From Escherichia coli (lineage in GTDB: Bacteria; Pseudomonadota; Gammaproteobacteria; Enterobacterales; Enterobacteriaceae), in NCBI RefSeq assembly GCF_003334385.1, contig NZ_QOWN01000015.1: a stretch of DNA of 64,000 nt; one strand, 5' to 3'. Numbering within the stretch: the stretch's first letter is position 1; each line of letters opens with the position of its first letter. The position numbers and the translations under genes were made by a program. Under the pieces are notes generated by a model. The model saw only the letters and a list, made by a program, of their open reading frames with translations. It was not told where the DNA came from and did no database searches. Of the stretch, positions 11,867 to 21,020 are shown piece by piece.

Positions 11867-13444
11867 TTTCGGGTCGAAAATATCGGTTCCGAGATGGTTG
11901 TAATCCACCTTCTGTAACTGGAAGTTGGTGATGTATATCGGCCCGGCTTTCTTCTCAGATATAAACGGGTATTTGATGTTAATTTCCTTCGCTTTAATCC
12001 CCGTCCACTGGGAGAAAAAGCCTAAGAAGTCATTGGCTGAGCGGCGGGCTTTAATCACACGATGCGCTTTATCGTCGCTGGAAATGACCATAAAAGGCAC
12101 CTGGAAATTTTGCTGATATTTATCATCATGGGCAAGGTATTGCACGTCTTTACCGCGCTCTTTAAAGGCCAGACCGTGGTCAGAAAAGTAAACCAGCGAG
12201 AAGCTGCTGCCGCTGTTGCGTAACTGATCGTACAGCTTGCGCAGTAAATCGTCCGTTTGCGTCATGGTATAGAGATAGCACGACGTTTCTTTCGATTGCA
12301 CAAAGGTTTCGTATTTTCCTTGTGTCCTGTCGCAGGCCTGCGGATGTGAGCCCATCAGATGTAGAACAATCAGCTGCGGTTGCGAGTGCTCTTGCGCCAG
12401 CACTTGAGCGGTCATATCCAGTAACGCTTCGTCTTTGGTGTTTTTATCTGCTTCAAAATTACCTTCTTTCAGGAAGTACACTTCATCTGCTCGTTTGGCG
12501 ATGCTGGCGATAGCGGTATCGTATTCGCCGATTTGACCCTGGTTGGAAAACCACCAGGTCTGGAAGCCCGCGCGATTTGCCAGGGTGACAAAGTTATCCT
12601 GAAACTGTGGTTTGCCATCGACAACGCGATTGAGCGTTAAGCCAAGCGATTTCTGCGTGGAGCCACTGGCGGCAATGTAGTCAGCAAATATCAAACCGTT
12701 AACGCTGCTGGCAAACGGGGTATTGTCCCAGTGACCGCCAAAGGCACCGAGGGCATCGCGACGCGCGCTTTCACCGATCACCACCACATAGGTCTGATAC
12801 TTCGGCTTAACGGCAGTGACCGTCCAGGTATCTTTCATTCCGGAAAGTTTTGCCATCCGTTCTTGCTCTTCAATCACCTCGTTATTATTGACGATGACAT
12901 CCTTAGCAAAACGAAATACCGGATAGCCAGTATCTTTCAGTTTAAATACGCCACCCCAGGCCAGGTTTTGCACGGGAGCAACAAAAAATGTCGCCACACT
13001 GAATACCAGACACAGGCTGTCGAAGGTATTCCAGCGCGCTTTTTCATTCTCTTTTTTTCGCCTGATTGCTATTACGCCGAGCGCAAAAATAAATAAGCCG
13101 ACCAGGTAGCTGTACCACGGAAAAATCGTCAGGATTTCGGTCGACTCTTCCATATTGGTGGAGTGCAATGCCAGCAATGTATTGAAATTAGGCGCGCCGT
13201 AGGCCTGAGCAAAAGGGAAATAACAAGCCGCCACCAGCGAACTGACACCGACCAGAACTTTTTGTACGCGAGGCAATGTTCGCCATAGCAAAAGCAAAAT
13301 AGCCGTAAACGCAGCGGTGTAGAGCAAACTGAAGGGGTAACCTAAGCCGAGGTTAATTAATAGCGACTGTAAAAAGTAGAACGCAGTCCACGGGCTAAAT
13401 ACCCGGCTACGGGTAACAAGCGATTCTTTGAGGGTTAAATTCAT
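11861..13444 (-). CDS. opgE: Phosphoethanolamine transferase for osmoregulated periplasmic glucans OpgE (YbiP)
   Basis: 527-aa ORF with N-terminal TM domain and sulfatase/alkaline-phosphatase-like C-terminal domain. Confidence 0.88.
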   Translation of the reverse strand: MNLTLKESLVTRSRVFSPWTAFYFLQSLLINLGLGYPFSLLYTAAFTAILLLLWRTLPRVQKVLVGVSSLVAACYFPFAQAYGAPNFNTLLALHSTNMEESTEILTIFPWYSYLVGLFIFALGVIAIRRKKENEKARWNTFDSLCLVFSVATFFVAPVQNLAWGGVFKLKDTGYPVFRFAKDVIVNNNEVIEEQERMAKLSGMKDTWTVTAVKPKYQTYVVVIGESARRDALGAFGGHWDNTPFASSVNGLIFADYIAASGSTQKSLGLTLNRVVDGKPQFQDNFVTLANRAGFQTWWFSNQGQIGEYDTAIASIAKRADEVYFLKEGNFEADKNTKDEALLDMTAQVLAQEHSQPQLIVLHLMGSHPQACDRTQGKYETFVQSKETSCYLYTMTQTDDLLRKLYDQLRNSGSSFSLVYFSDHGLAFKERGKDVQYLAHDDKYQQNFQVPFMVISSDDKAHRVIKARRSANDFLGFFSQWTGIKAKEINIKYPFISEKKAGPIYITNFQLQKVDYNHLGTDIFDPKP

Positions 13445-13715
13445 ATGCCACTATCGTAACAAACGCCATGTGCTTACCCTGGCGTCAAGGGTCAATACCT
13501 GCAAGAGTGCGTGAAGAGTGGAAAGGGGTCCGCATCCGCGAGCCGCAATATACGCAGGGCTGCAAGAAGATAGAGCGAGCCGCCGTTCAGGTCAACTACT
13601 GACGAACAAATCTTTTGCGAAGGGGATTGCAAATCCGACAAAAAGTGGGGTTTTTCAGACCAAAACGCGTTATGCCTGCATGAAAGCAGGAGTGAAGCGG
13701 CGTACCGCGACGCCG

Positions 13716-13844
13716 CTATTTATCGGAAGGTTTATCTTGCTGCGGTTTGTTGTTGACCATATCGCACAACATAGAGAGCAGCATTAACCGTACTTTAAAG
13801 GGAGAATGACTAAACACGCGCATACACCTCTTGAACTCATTCAT
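13716..13844 (-). CDS. mntS: Small protein MntS (42 aa; lies within the RybA transcript)
   Basis: Not in ORF track (below size cutoff). Minus-strand translation from ATG at 13844 gives MNEFKRCMRVFSHSPFKVRLMLLSMLCDMVNNKPQQDKPSDK*, which I recognise as MntS. Confidence 0.85.
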   Translation of the reverse strand: MNEFKRCMRVFSHSPFKVRLMLLSMLCDMVNNKPQQDKPSDK

Positions 13845-13902
13845 AAGACCTCCTGACTTGCTAATCCCGTCGATCCTTGAGGGATGATTGCATTACATAC
13901 AG

Positions 13903-13920
13903 ATATAGCACAGGCTATAT
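13903..13920. promoter_or_regulatory. Candidate MntR operator upstream of mntS (ATATAGCACAGGCTATAT)
   Basis: Perfect inverted repeat ATAGC-N4-GCTAT, the core of the MntR box; a second partial copy TATATAGCTATTGCTAA follows at about 13921..13937. Confidence 0.55.
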
Positions 13921-14029
13921 TATATAGCTATTGCTAAAACGTTAATTTTTTGTACCTTCGCAACTCTGGTTTACAATGTGCGCACGAAATGAGAACGCTA
14001 TGTATGCGTCACCATAATGAGGAAGCACA

Positions 14030-14497
14030 ATGAGTCGTCGCGCAGGTACGCCAACAGCAAAAAAAGTGACGCAGTTAGTGAACGTGGAAGAGCACGTTGA
14101 AGGGTTCCGCCAGGTCAGAGAGGCGCATCGGCGCGAGCTTATTGATGATTACGTTGAGCTGATTTCTGACTTGATCAGGGAAGTGGGGGAAGCTCGTCAG
14201 GTGGACATGGCTGCTCGTCTGGGAGTTTCGCAACCGACGGTGGCTAAAATGCTTAAGCGGCTGGCAACCATGGGGCTGATTGAAATGATCCCCTGGCGTG
14301 GCGTGTTTTTAACGGCAGAAGGAGAGAAGCTGGCGCAGGAAAGCCGCGAGCGACATCAGATAGTCGAAAATTTCTTGTTGGTGTTGGGCGTCAGTCCGGA
14401 AATCGCCCGTCGCGACGCGGAAGGCATGGAGCACCATGTTAGTGAAGAGACGCTCGACGCTTTTCGTTTGTTTACCCAGAAACACGGTGCCAAATGA
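14030..14497 (+). CDS. mntR: Manganese-responsive transcriptional regulator MntR (DtxR family)
   Basis: 155-aa ORF with HTH and DtxR-like metal-binding region. Confidence 0.95.
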
Positions 14498-15612
14498 GCC
14501 TGCCTTTTTTACGCACGCTGCAAGGCGATCGTTTTTTTCAGTTATTAATTCTTGTTGGTATCGGATTAAGCTTTTTCGTGCCCTTTGCACCGAAATCCTG
14601 GCCTGCTGCTATCGACTGGCACACCATCATCACCTTAAGCGGCCTGATGCTGCTGACCAAAGGTGTGGAGTTAAGCGGTTATTTTGATGTGCTGGGGCGC
14701 AAAATGGTGCGCCGCTTTGCTACGGAGCGTCGGCTGGCGATGTTTATGGTGCTGGCGGCGGCGCTGCTTTCTACCTTTCTGACCAACGATGTCGCGCTGT
14801 TTATTGTTGTTCCGCTGACTATCACGCTAAAAAGACTGTGTGAGATCCCGGTTAATCGGCTGATTATTTTTGAGGCGCTGGCAGTCAACGCTGGTTCGCT
14901 ACTGACGCCAATTGGCAACCCGCAAAATATTCTTATCTGGGGACGTTCTGGTCTTTCGTTTGCCGGATTTATTGCCCAAATGGCACCGCTGGCTGGCGCA
15001 ATGATGCTGACGCTCCTGCTCCTGTGCTGGTGTTGTTTCCCTGGAAAGGCGATGCAATACCATACGGGGGTGCAAACACCGGAGTGGAAACCGCGGCTGG
15101 TGTGGAGTTGTCTGGGGCTGTATATCGTCTTTCTGACGGCGCTGGAGTTCAAACAAGAGCTGTGGGGACTGGTGATTGTGGCGGCAGGCTTTGCGCTGCT
15201 GGCACGTCGCGTGGTGCTCAGTGTGGACTGGACGCTGCTGCTGGTGTTTATGGCGATGTTTATCGACGTCCATTTACTGACCCAGCTTCCAGCGTTGCAA
15301 GGCGTGTTGGGTAACGTGAGTCATCTATCTGAACCCGGGTTATGGTTAACGGCAATCGGTTTATCGCAGGTGATCAGTAACGTGCCGAGTACCATATTGT
15401 TGCTGAACTATGTGCCGCCGTCTTTATTACTGGTATGGGCGGTAAACGTAGGTGGCTTTGGGTTATTACCCGGATCGCTGGCAAATTTGATTGCGCTACG
15501 TATGGCGAACGATCGCCGCATCTGGTGGCGTTTCCATCTCTATTCAATACCGATGCTGTTGTGGGCGGCGTTGGTGGGATATGTTTTGTTAGTTATACTC
15601 CCGGCCAACTAG
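14494..15612 (+). CDS. ybiR: Putative ion transporter YbiR (ArsB/NhaD permease superfamily)
   Basis: 372-aa polytopic membrane protein; start ATG overlaps mntR stop (ATGA). Confidence 0.88.
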
Positions 15613-15622
15613 GGTCTGGCAA

Positions 15623-15656
15623 ATAAAAAAGGCGGATTATGAGTCCGCCTTTTGCT
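15623..15656. terminator. Bidirectional rho-independent terminator between ybiR and ldtB
   Basis: AAATAAAAAAGGCGGATTATGAGTCCGCCTTTTGCTTT: stem AGGCGGA/TCCGCCT with flanking A-run and T-run. Confidence 0.75.
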
Positions 15657-15670
15657 TTAAGTTTTGAAGA

Positions 15671-16591
15671 TTAATTCAGACGAACCGGCATCCCGGAGCG
15701 GTTTTTAATCGCTTCATCAAGAACAACCTGGTCAACATCTGGCTGACCGGTCACTGTCTGCACGCTCTTCGTCAGGGTAATTGGCACAATTTCCTGACCT
15801 TCAAACTGGGCTTCGGTGGTAGACAGCGGGTTATGGACTTCAATATAACGGCTGCCGTCTGGCTCGGTGGTCGCTTTTACCGGCTCATCAATAAACTGTA
15901 CGCGGGTACCGACCGGTACTTTCTCGAACAGGAATTTGATGTCTTCGTTACGCAGACGCACACAACCATGACTTACACGCAGGCCGATACCGAAGTTGGC
16001 GTTGGTGCCATGGATAGCATACAGGCGACCGATATAGAGTGCATACAGCCCCATCGGGTTATCCGGACCTGCCGGAACGACAGCCGGAAGCGGTTCGCCC
16101 GCAGCGCGGTACTCTGCGTGCATTTTGGCGGTCGGCGTCCAGGTCGGGCCTGCTTTTTTACGCTCAACTTTGGTGGTCCAGTTGATAGGCGTATCTTTGC
16201 CTAACTGACCAATGCCGATCGGCAGCACGATAACGGTGTTGGTCCCTTTCGGATAGTAATAAAGACGCATCTCAGCACTGTTAATGACGATGCCTTCATG
16301 AACGGTATCCGGCAGGATCAGCTGCTGCGGAATGTTCAGTACAGTACCGCCTTTCGGCAGGAAGGTATCCACACCCGGGTTCGCTTCCATCATATTGGAA
16401 AGCCCCATCTGGTACTCGGCGGCAAAATACTCCAGCGGCTGAGTGTTACCTTCAGGAATGGTGATCACCTGATTCTGACCAACCAGGCGACTCCCGTCGG
16501 TTGGCAGAGGATAAGTTACCGCAGAGGCGGTACTGCAAAAGCCGACAACAGCGAAGGCCGCTGCGAATAATGTTTTCAATTTCATATTCAT
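15671..16591 (-). CDS. ldtB: L,D-transpeptidase LdtB (YbiS), links Braun lipoprotein to peptidoglycan
   Basis: 306-aa ORF with signal peptide and YkuD domain containing catalytic HGC motif (SHGCVR). Confidence 0.9.
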
Positions 16592-16688
16592 GTTAAGCGA
16601 GATTTTGTGCCTGGCAGGCCATTGGGTTGAGAATATTAGAGTATTGGAAGCGCATTATAAGTTCATTCCAGCTCACAGTGAAATCAGA

Positions 16689-16704
16689 TGTGTACGAAAT
16701 CACA
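16689..16704. promoter_or_regulatory. CRP-like palindrome TGTGTACGAAATCACA in ldtB/ybiT divergent region
   Basis: Matches TGTGA-N6-TCACA with one mismatch; by-eye motif call only. Confidence 0.3.
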
Positions 16705-16809
16705 TTTTTTGCCTTTGGCTTGAGTGTAGACCTTAAGCGAGGAGCAGGATCTTCTTTCAGACTTATGGCATAATGCGCGGTTTGTCATATCTCTTTTCAG
16801 GATACGCCT

Positions 16810-18402
16810 GTGTTAGTTTCCAGTAACGTCACCATGCAGTTCGGCAGTAAGCCGTTGTTTGAAAACATTTCCGTCAAATTTGGCGGCGGCAACCGTTACG
16901 GCCTGATTGGCGCGAACGGTAGTGGTAAATCCACCTTTATGAAGATCCTCGGCGGCGACCTTGAGCCGACGCTGGGTAACGTTTCCCTCGATCCCAACGA
17001 GCGCATTGGTAAACTGCGTCAGGATCAGTTTGCCTTTGAAGAGTTCACTGTGCTGGATACGGTGATCATGGGGCATAAAGAGTTGTGGGAAGTGAAGCAG
17101 GAGCGCGACCGCATCTATGCTTTGCCGGAAATGAGTGAAGAAGACGGCTATAAAGTGGCCGATCTGGAAGTTAAATACGGCGAAATGGACGGTTACTCTG
17201 CGGAAGCTCGCGCCGGTGAACTGTTGCTTGGCGTGGGAATTCCAGTGGAACAGCACTACGGCCCGATGAGTGAAGTTGCTCCTGGCTGGAAGCTGCGTGT
17301 GCTTCTGGCGCAGGCGCTGTTTGCTGATCCGGATATTCTCCTGCTCGACGAACCGACCAACAACCTCGACATCGACACCATTCGCTGGCTGGAACAGGTG
17401 CTGAACGAGCGTGACAGCACCATGATCATCATCTCGCACGACCGTCACTTCCTTAACATGGTCTGTACCCACATGGCGGATCTGGATTACGGCGAGCTGC
17501 GCGTTTATCCGGGTAACTACGATGAGTACATGACGGCGGCGACCCAGGCGCGTGAACGTCTGCTGGCCGATAACGCCAAGAAGAAAGCGCAGATTGCTGA
17601 GTTGCAATCTTTCGTTAGCCGCTTTAGCGCCAACGCCTCGAAATCTCGCCAGGCAACTTCGCGCGCGCGCCAGATTGATAAAATCAAACTGGAAGAGGTG
17701 AAAGCCTCCAGCCGTCAGAACCCGTTCATCCGTTTTGAACAGGATAAGAAACTGTTCCGTAACGCGCTGGAAGTGGAAGGTCTGACCAAAGGGTTTGATA
17801 ACGGTCCGCTGTTTAAAAATCTCAACCTGCTGCTGGAAGTGGGTGAAAAACTGGCGGTACTGGGTACCAACGGCGTCGGTAAATCAACGCTGCTGAAAAC
17901 GCTGGTGGGCGATCTGCAACCGGACAGCGGCACCGTAAAATGGTCTGAGAACGCGCGCATTGGTTACTATGCTCAGGACCACGAATATGAGTTTGAAAAT
18001 GATCTGACCGTGTTCGAATGGATGAGCCAGTGGAAGCAGGAAGGCGATGACGAGCAGGCGGTACGCAGTATTCTCGGTCGTTTGCTGTTCAGCCAGGACG
18101 ACATCAAAAAGCCAGCTAAAGTGCTTTCCGGTGGGGAAAAAGGGCGGATGCTGTTTGGTAAGTTAATGATGCAGAAGCCGAACATTCTGATCATGGACGA
18201 ACCGACCAACCACCTGGATATGGAATCCATTGAGTCGCTGAACATGGCACTGGAACTGTATCAGGGCACGCTGATCTTTGTTTCACACGACCGTGAGTTC
18301 GTAAGCTCCCTGGCGACCCGCATTCTGGAAATCACCCCGGAACGCGTGATCGACTTTAGCGGTAATTACGAAGATTACCTGCGTAGTAAAGGGATCGAGT
18401 AA
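16810..18402 (+). CDS. ybiT: ABC-F family ATPase YbiT (two ABC cassettes, no TM domain)
   Basis: 530-aa ORF, GTG start; two Walker A motifs ([18 protein letters not shown]) and two ABC signatures (LSGGE). Confidence 0.9.
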
Positions 18403-18411
18403 GTGATTATC

Positions 18412-18438
18412 CGTCACCCCGATACTGTCGGGGTGACG
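18412..18438 (+). terminator. Stem-loop just 3' of ybiT (CGTCACCCCGATACTGTCGGGGTGACG)
   Basis: 11-bp stem, 10 nt after the ybiT stop; no clear U-tract, so terminator function is uncertain. Confidence 0.35.
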
Positions 18439-18462
18439 GCGGCTGATGACAAATGCAAAATA

Positions 18463-18560
18463 GCCTGATGCGCTACGCTTATCAGGCCTACGCAGTACCT
18501 GCAATATATTGAATCTGCAGGACTTTGTAGGCCGGATAAGGCGTTAACGCCGCATCAGGC
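18463..18560. repeat. REP/BIME cluster (two inverted REP units) downstream of ybiT
   Basis: GCCTGATGCGCTACGCTTATCAGGCCTAC and TGTAGGCCGGATAAGGCGTTAACGCCGCATCAGGC. Confidence 0.8.
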
Positions 18561-18642
18561 ATTAACAAAGCGCATTTGTCAGCAATCTGAGTAACGTCGA
18601 ATCGATTTTCTTAATCCCACATCAATTCACTTCCATTAATTC

Positions 18643-19908
18643 TCAAACATCCATGCCCAACGCTCGCTTACCGTGAATGTTGAGGTCGGCAAGCGTAAAG
18701 CGTCCTTCCCAGTTTGTTTCATAGTCCTCGCGCGGGAAGTCGCCCGGCGATGCGCCTTTTTCCAGTGCGGCCTTCACCTTGTGCGCGTAGGCAAGATTTT
18801 TCTCGCACATCGGTGCCGCAGGAATGTACATCACGTTGCCCCAACCTTGTTGATTTTCAACGGGGGCAACGGAATGGATGACGTCGCAGTGCCACCAGAC
18901 GGAGTCTCCGGCTTCGAGTTTTGGAATGCTGGTTAACGCCTCAATCAACAGTGGATGTCATTGCTCTGATACCGGCAATACTCTTCCGGGCGCTACGCCG
19001 CACAGTTCATCCTCCGGCACATCATCAAGCAGCGGACGTAACAGTACGTACGCCATAGCTTCAGGAATGGGCACGACGTGCAGCAGCCCCTGACCAGGCA
19101 GCATATCAGAGAGCGCTGTCCAGCCCTGGAATGTCCGAAACACGGAACATTTGGTGGTGTTGTCCACCGTGTACTCTTCAACTTCCGTACGATGTGCCGC
19201 ATGCCAGGGATCATATTGCGCCAGATTGCCATTAAAGACGTTGGCGAAAACGCGCTGATACGCTGGAAGCAGCCAGCGTTCCAGTGCCCCGGAGTCGGTA
19301 TGCGCTCCAAGACCTTTGGAGGTCGTTCCGGGCGGACGGCGGCGGATACGGTCAGGGTAGATGACGCTCACATCCGGGTTAAACCATTGCTTTCCATCAC
19401 TTTCAAATGTCCACAGACGATTGAGAAACGACTGCGCATTCGCCATTTCTTCACTCTGGCGGGCCTGCATTTGCGCCTGCGACCAGTAGATGGGGTAAAT
19501 CTCGGGACGTGAAGCGCTGAGCGTCCCGAAGAAATTATCGCCGGGGCCTTTGTAGACCTCGTCAAAGCGGTTGCGGTCCAGATAGTCCAGCATCGACTGA
19601 TCCCAGCCTAGCGCTTGTTCGCGGGGGAAATGGCCTTTTATCACCGCACAACCGCGACGTTTAATCTGTTCGCGCTGCTCTGCAGTAACATGACCTGCTT
19701 TGATATCGGCATAAGACAGCACCGGCCAGACGGCATCGCCCTGTGCTTTGAGTGCGTTGATTTCAGCCACTCGCGTGGCAATGTCATCGCTTAGCTGATT
19801 AAAGATCTGCTGGACGTCGCCAAGCTGCGCCCGCAGCGCGTGCTTCATCTGACGGATAGCTGCTTTGTGATCGGCAGGCAATGTGTCGCTGGTAAAAGTA
19901 GAAGCCAT
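18643..19908 (-). pseudogene. ybiU: ybiU (DUF1479 family protein) interrupted by an in-frame TGA at 18958..18960
   Basis: ORFs 18958..19914 (318 aa) and 18643..18948 (101 aa) are in the same frame; read-through gives ...PVSEQ*HPLLIEALTSIP... and a 421-codon ORF from MASTFTSD, the length I recall for intact YbiU. Confidence 0.7.
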
Positions 19909-19923
19909 AACCACCTCTCATTA

Positions 19924-19937
19924 ACTTTCATTCGAAA
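19924..19937 (-). promoter_or_regulatory. Copy A of exact 14-bp motif TTTCGAATGAAAGT (minus-strand reading), 15 nt upstream of ybiU ATG
   Basis: Plus strand reads ACTTTCATTCGAAA; identical 14-mer also at 20946..20959 and 24394..24407. Confidence 0.5.
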
Positions 19938-20014
19938 CCATTCTGATTTGCATGTGACAATATAAGTTATAAATAAGTTAATGCAAGTTTAATGATTTGA
20001 TGTGATGTACAGGA

Positions 20015-20050
20015 TGTAAAAAGAAGGGAAAACCGGAGCGCACGGCTCCG
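20015..20050 (-). terminator. Rho-independent terminator downstream of ybiV
   Basis: Hairpin CCGGAGC-GCACG-GCTCCGG just 3' of ybiV stop, followed on minus strand by UUUCCCUUCUUUUU. Confidence 0.6.
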
Positions 20051-20059
20051 GTAGAGAGG

Positions 20060-20875
20060 TCAGCTGTTAAAAGGGGATGTGTTATCCAGCACCGCCTGAA
20101 TCACATTCAGCGCGCCTTCATGATTATTATCATCGGTAGCGTAACGGGCGATTTGTTTAATGTTTTCCGCAGCATTGCCCATCGCAAAGGAATAACGCGC
20201 CATTTTCAGCATCTCCGCATCGTTACCGCTGTCGCCAATCGCTACCACATTTTGCGGTGACAGATCCCAGCGTTTCAGTAACCGCGAAATACCGTTTGCT
20301 TTATGTAGACCGGGAATAATCAGGTCGATAAAGCCAAAACCACTGGTAACGGGTTTCATAATGCCATCGAGCGCTACGTGCAGTTTGTCGATCACTAACG
20401 GGATTTGTTCATCCGGCAGGTTGAGCGAAAACTTGAACAGTACGTCGTCAATCTCCTGATAATCTTTTACAGGTTTCAGGCGATGGTAGTGTTTTGCCAT
20501 CAGTGCGACAAATGCTTCGGGGGCATTTTCGCTGACATATGCACTTTGCAGACCGCAGGCGACAAAATTGAGTTGCTTATCTTTTAGCAACTCGCCAATA
20601 ACAATCCGCGATTCATGTCGGGTCAGTTCGCCGTGGAACAACTGCTTGCCATGTTCGTAAACCAGTGCGCCGTTTTCCGCGACAAAAGAGATCTCATCCT
20701 TTAGCTCAGGAAAGAATGAAATAAGCTGGTAATACTGATTACCGCTGGCAACAACGAACTTAATGCCGCGCTTTTTCAGTTCCTGATATTGCGCCATAAA
20801 ACGTGGTTGGTTGTACGTTTTGGCGTCGTTAAGAAAAGTACCGTCCATGTCTGTGACGATAACTTTTACGCTCAT
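20060..20875 (-). CDS. ybiV: HAD-superfamily (Cof-type) sugar phosphatase YbiV
   Basis: 271-aa ORF with HAD motif I DMDGTF and C-terminal GDSGND. Confidence 0.9.
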
Positions 20876-20945
20876 AGGTGTGCTCCTGGCTCGAAAATGA
20901 AACCGTAACAGTGTAATAACAATGTGACGCAGAGCACAAATTATA

Positions 20946-20959
20946 TTTCGAATGAAAGT
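20946..20959 (+). promoter_or_regulatory. Copy B of exact 14-bp motif TTTCGAATGAAAGT, 70 nt upstream of ybiV ATG
   Basis: Exact match to copies A and C; lies between ybiW stop and ybiV start. Confidence 0.5.
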
Positions 20960-21020
20960 AAGGATGAAATTGATGATGTGAATGATTTAGCCCGGCGACG
21001 ACGCCGCCGGGCCGAGGAGA

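Noticed and set aside
13518-13787. 89-aa plus-strand ORF in the opgE-mntS intergenic region
   Set aside because: It overlaps the mntS coding sequence on the opposite strand and has no recognisable domain or ribosome-binding site; the real gene here is the 42-codon minus-strand mntS.
18958-18960. TGA in ybiU as a selenocysteine codon
   Set aside because: No SECIS-like stem-loop immediately downstream that I can see, and YbiU/DUF1479 is not a known selenoprotein; a nonsense mutation or base-call error is far more parsimonious.
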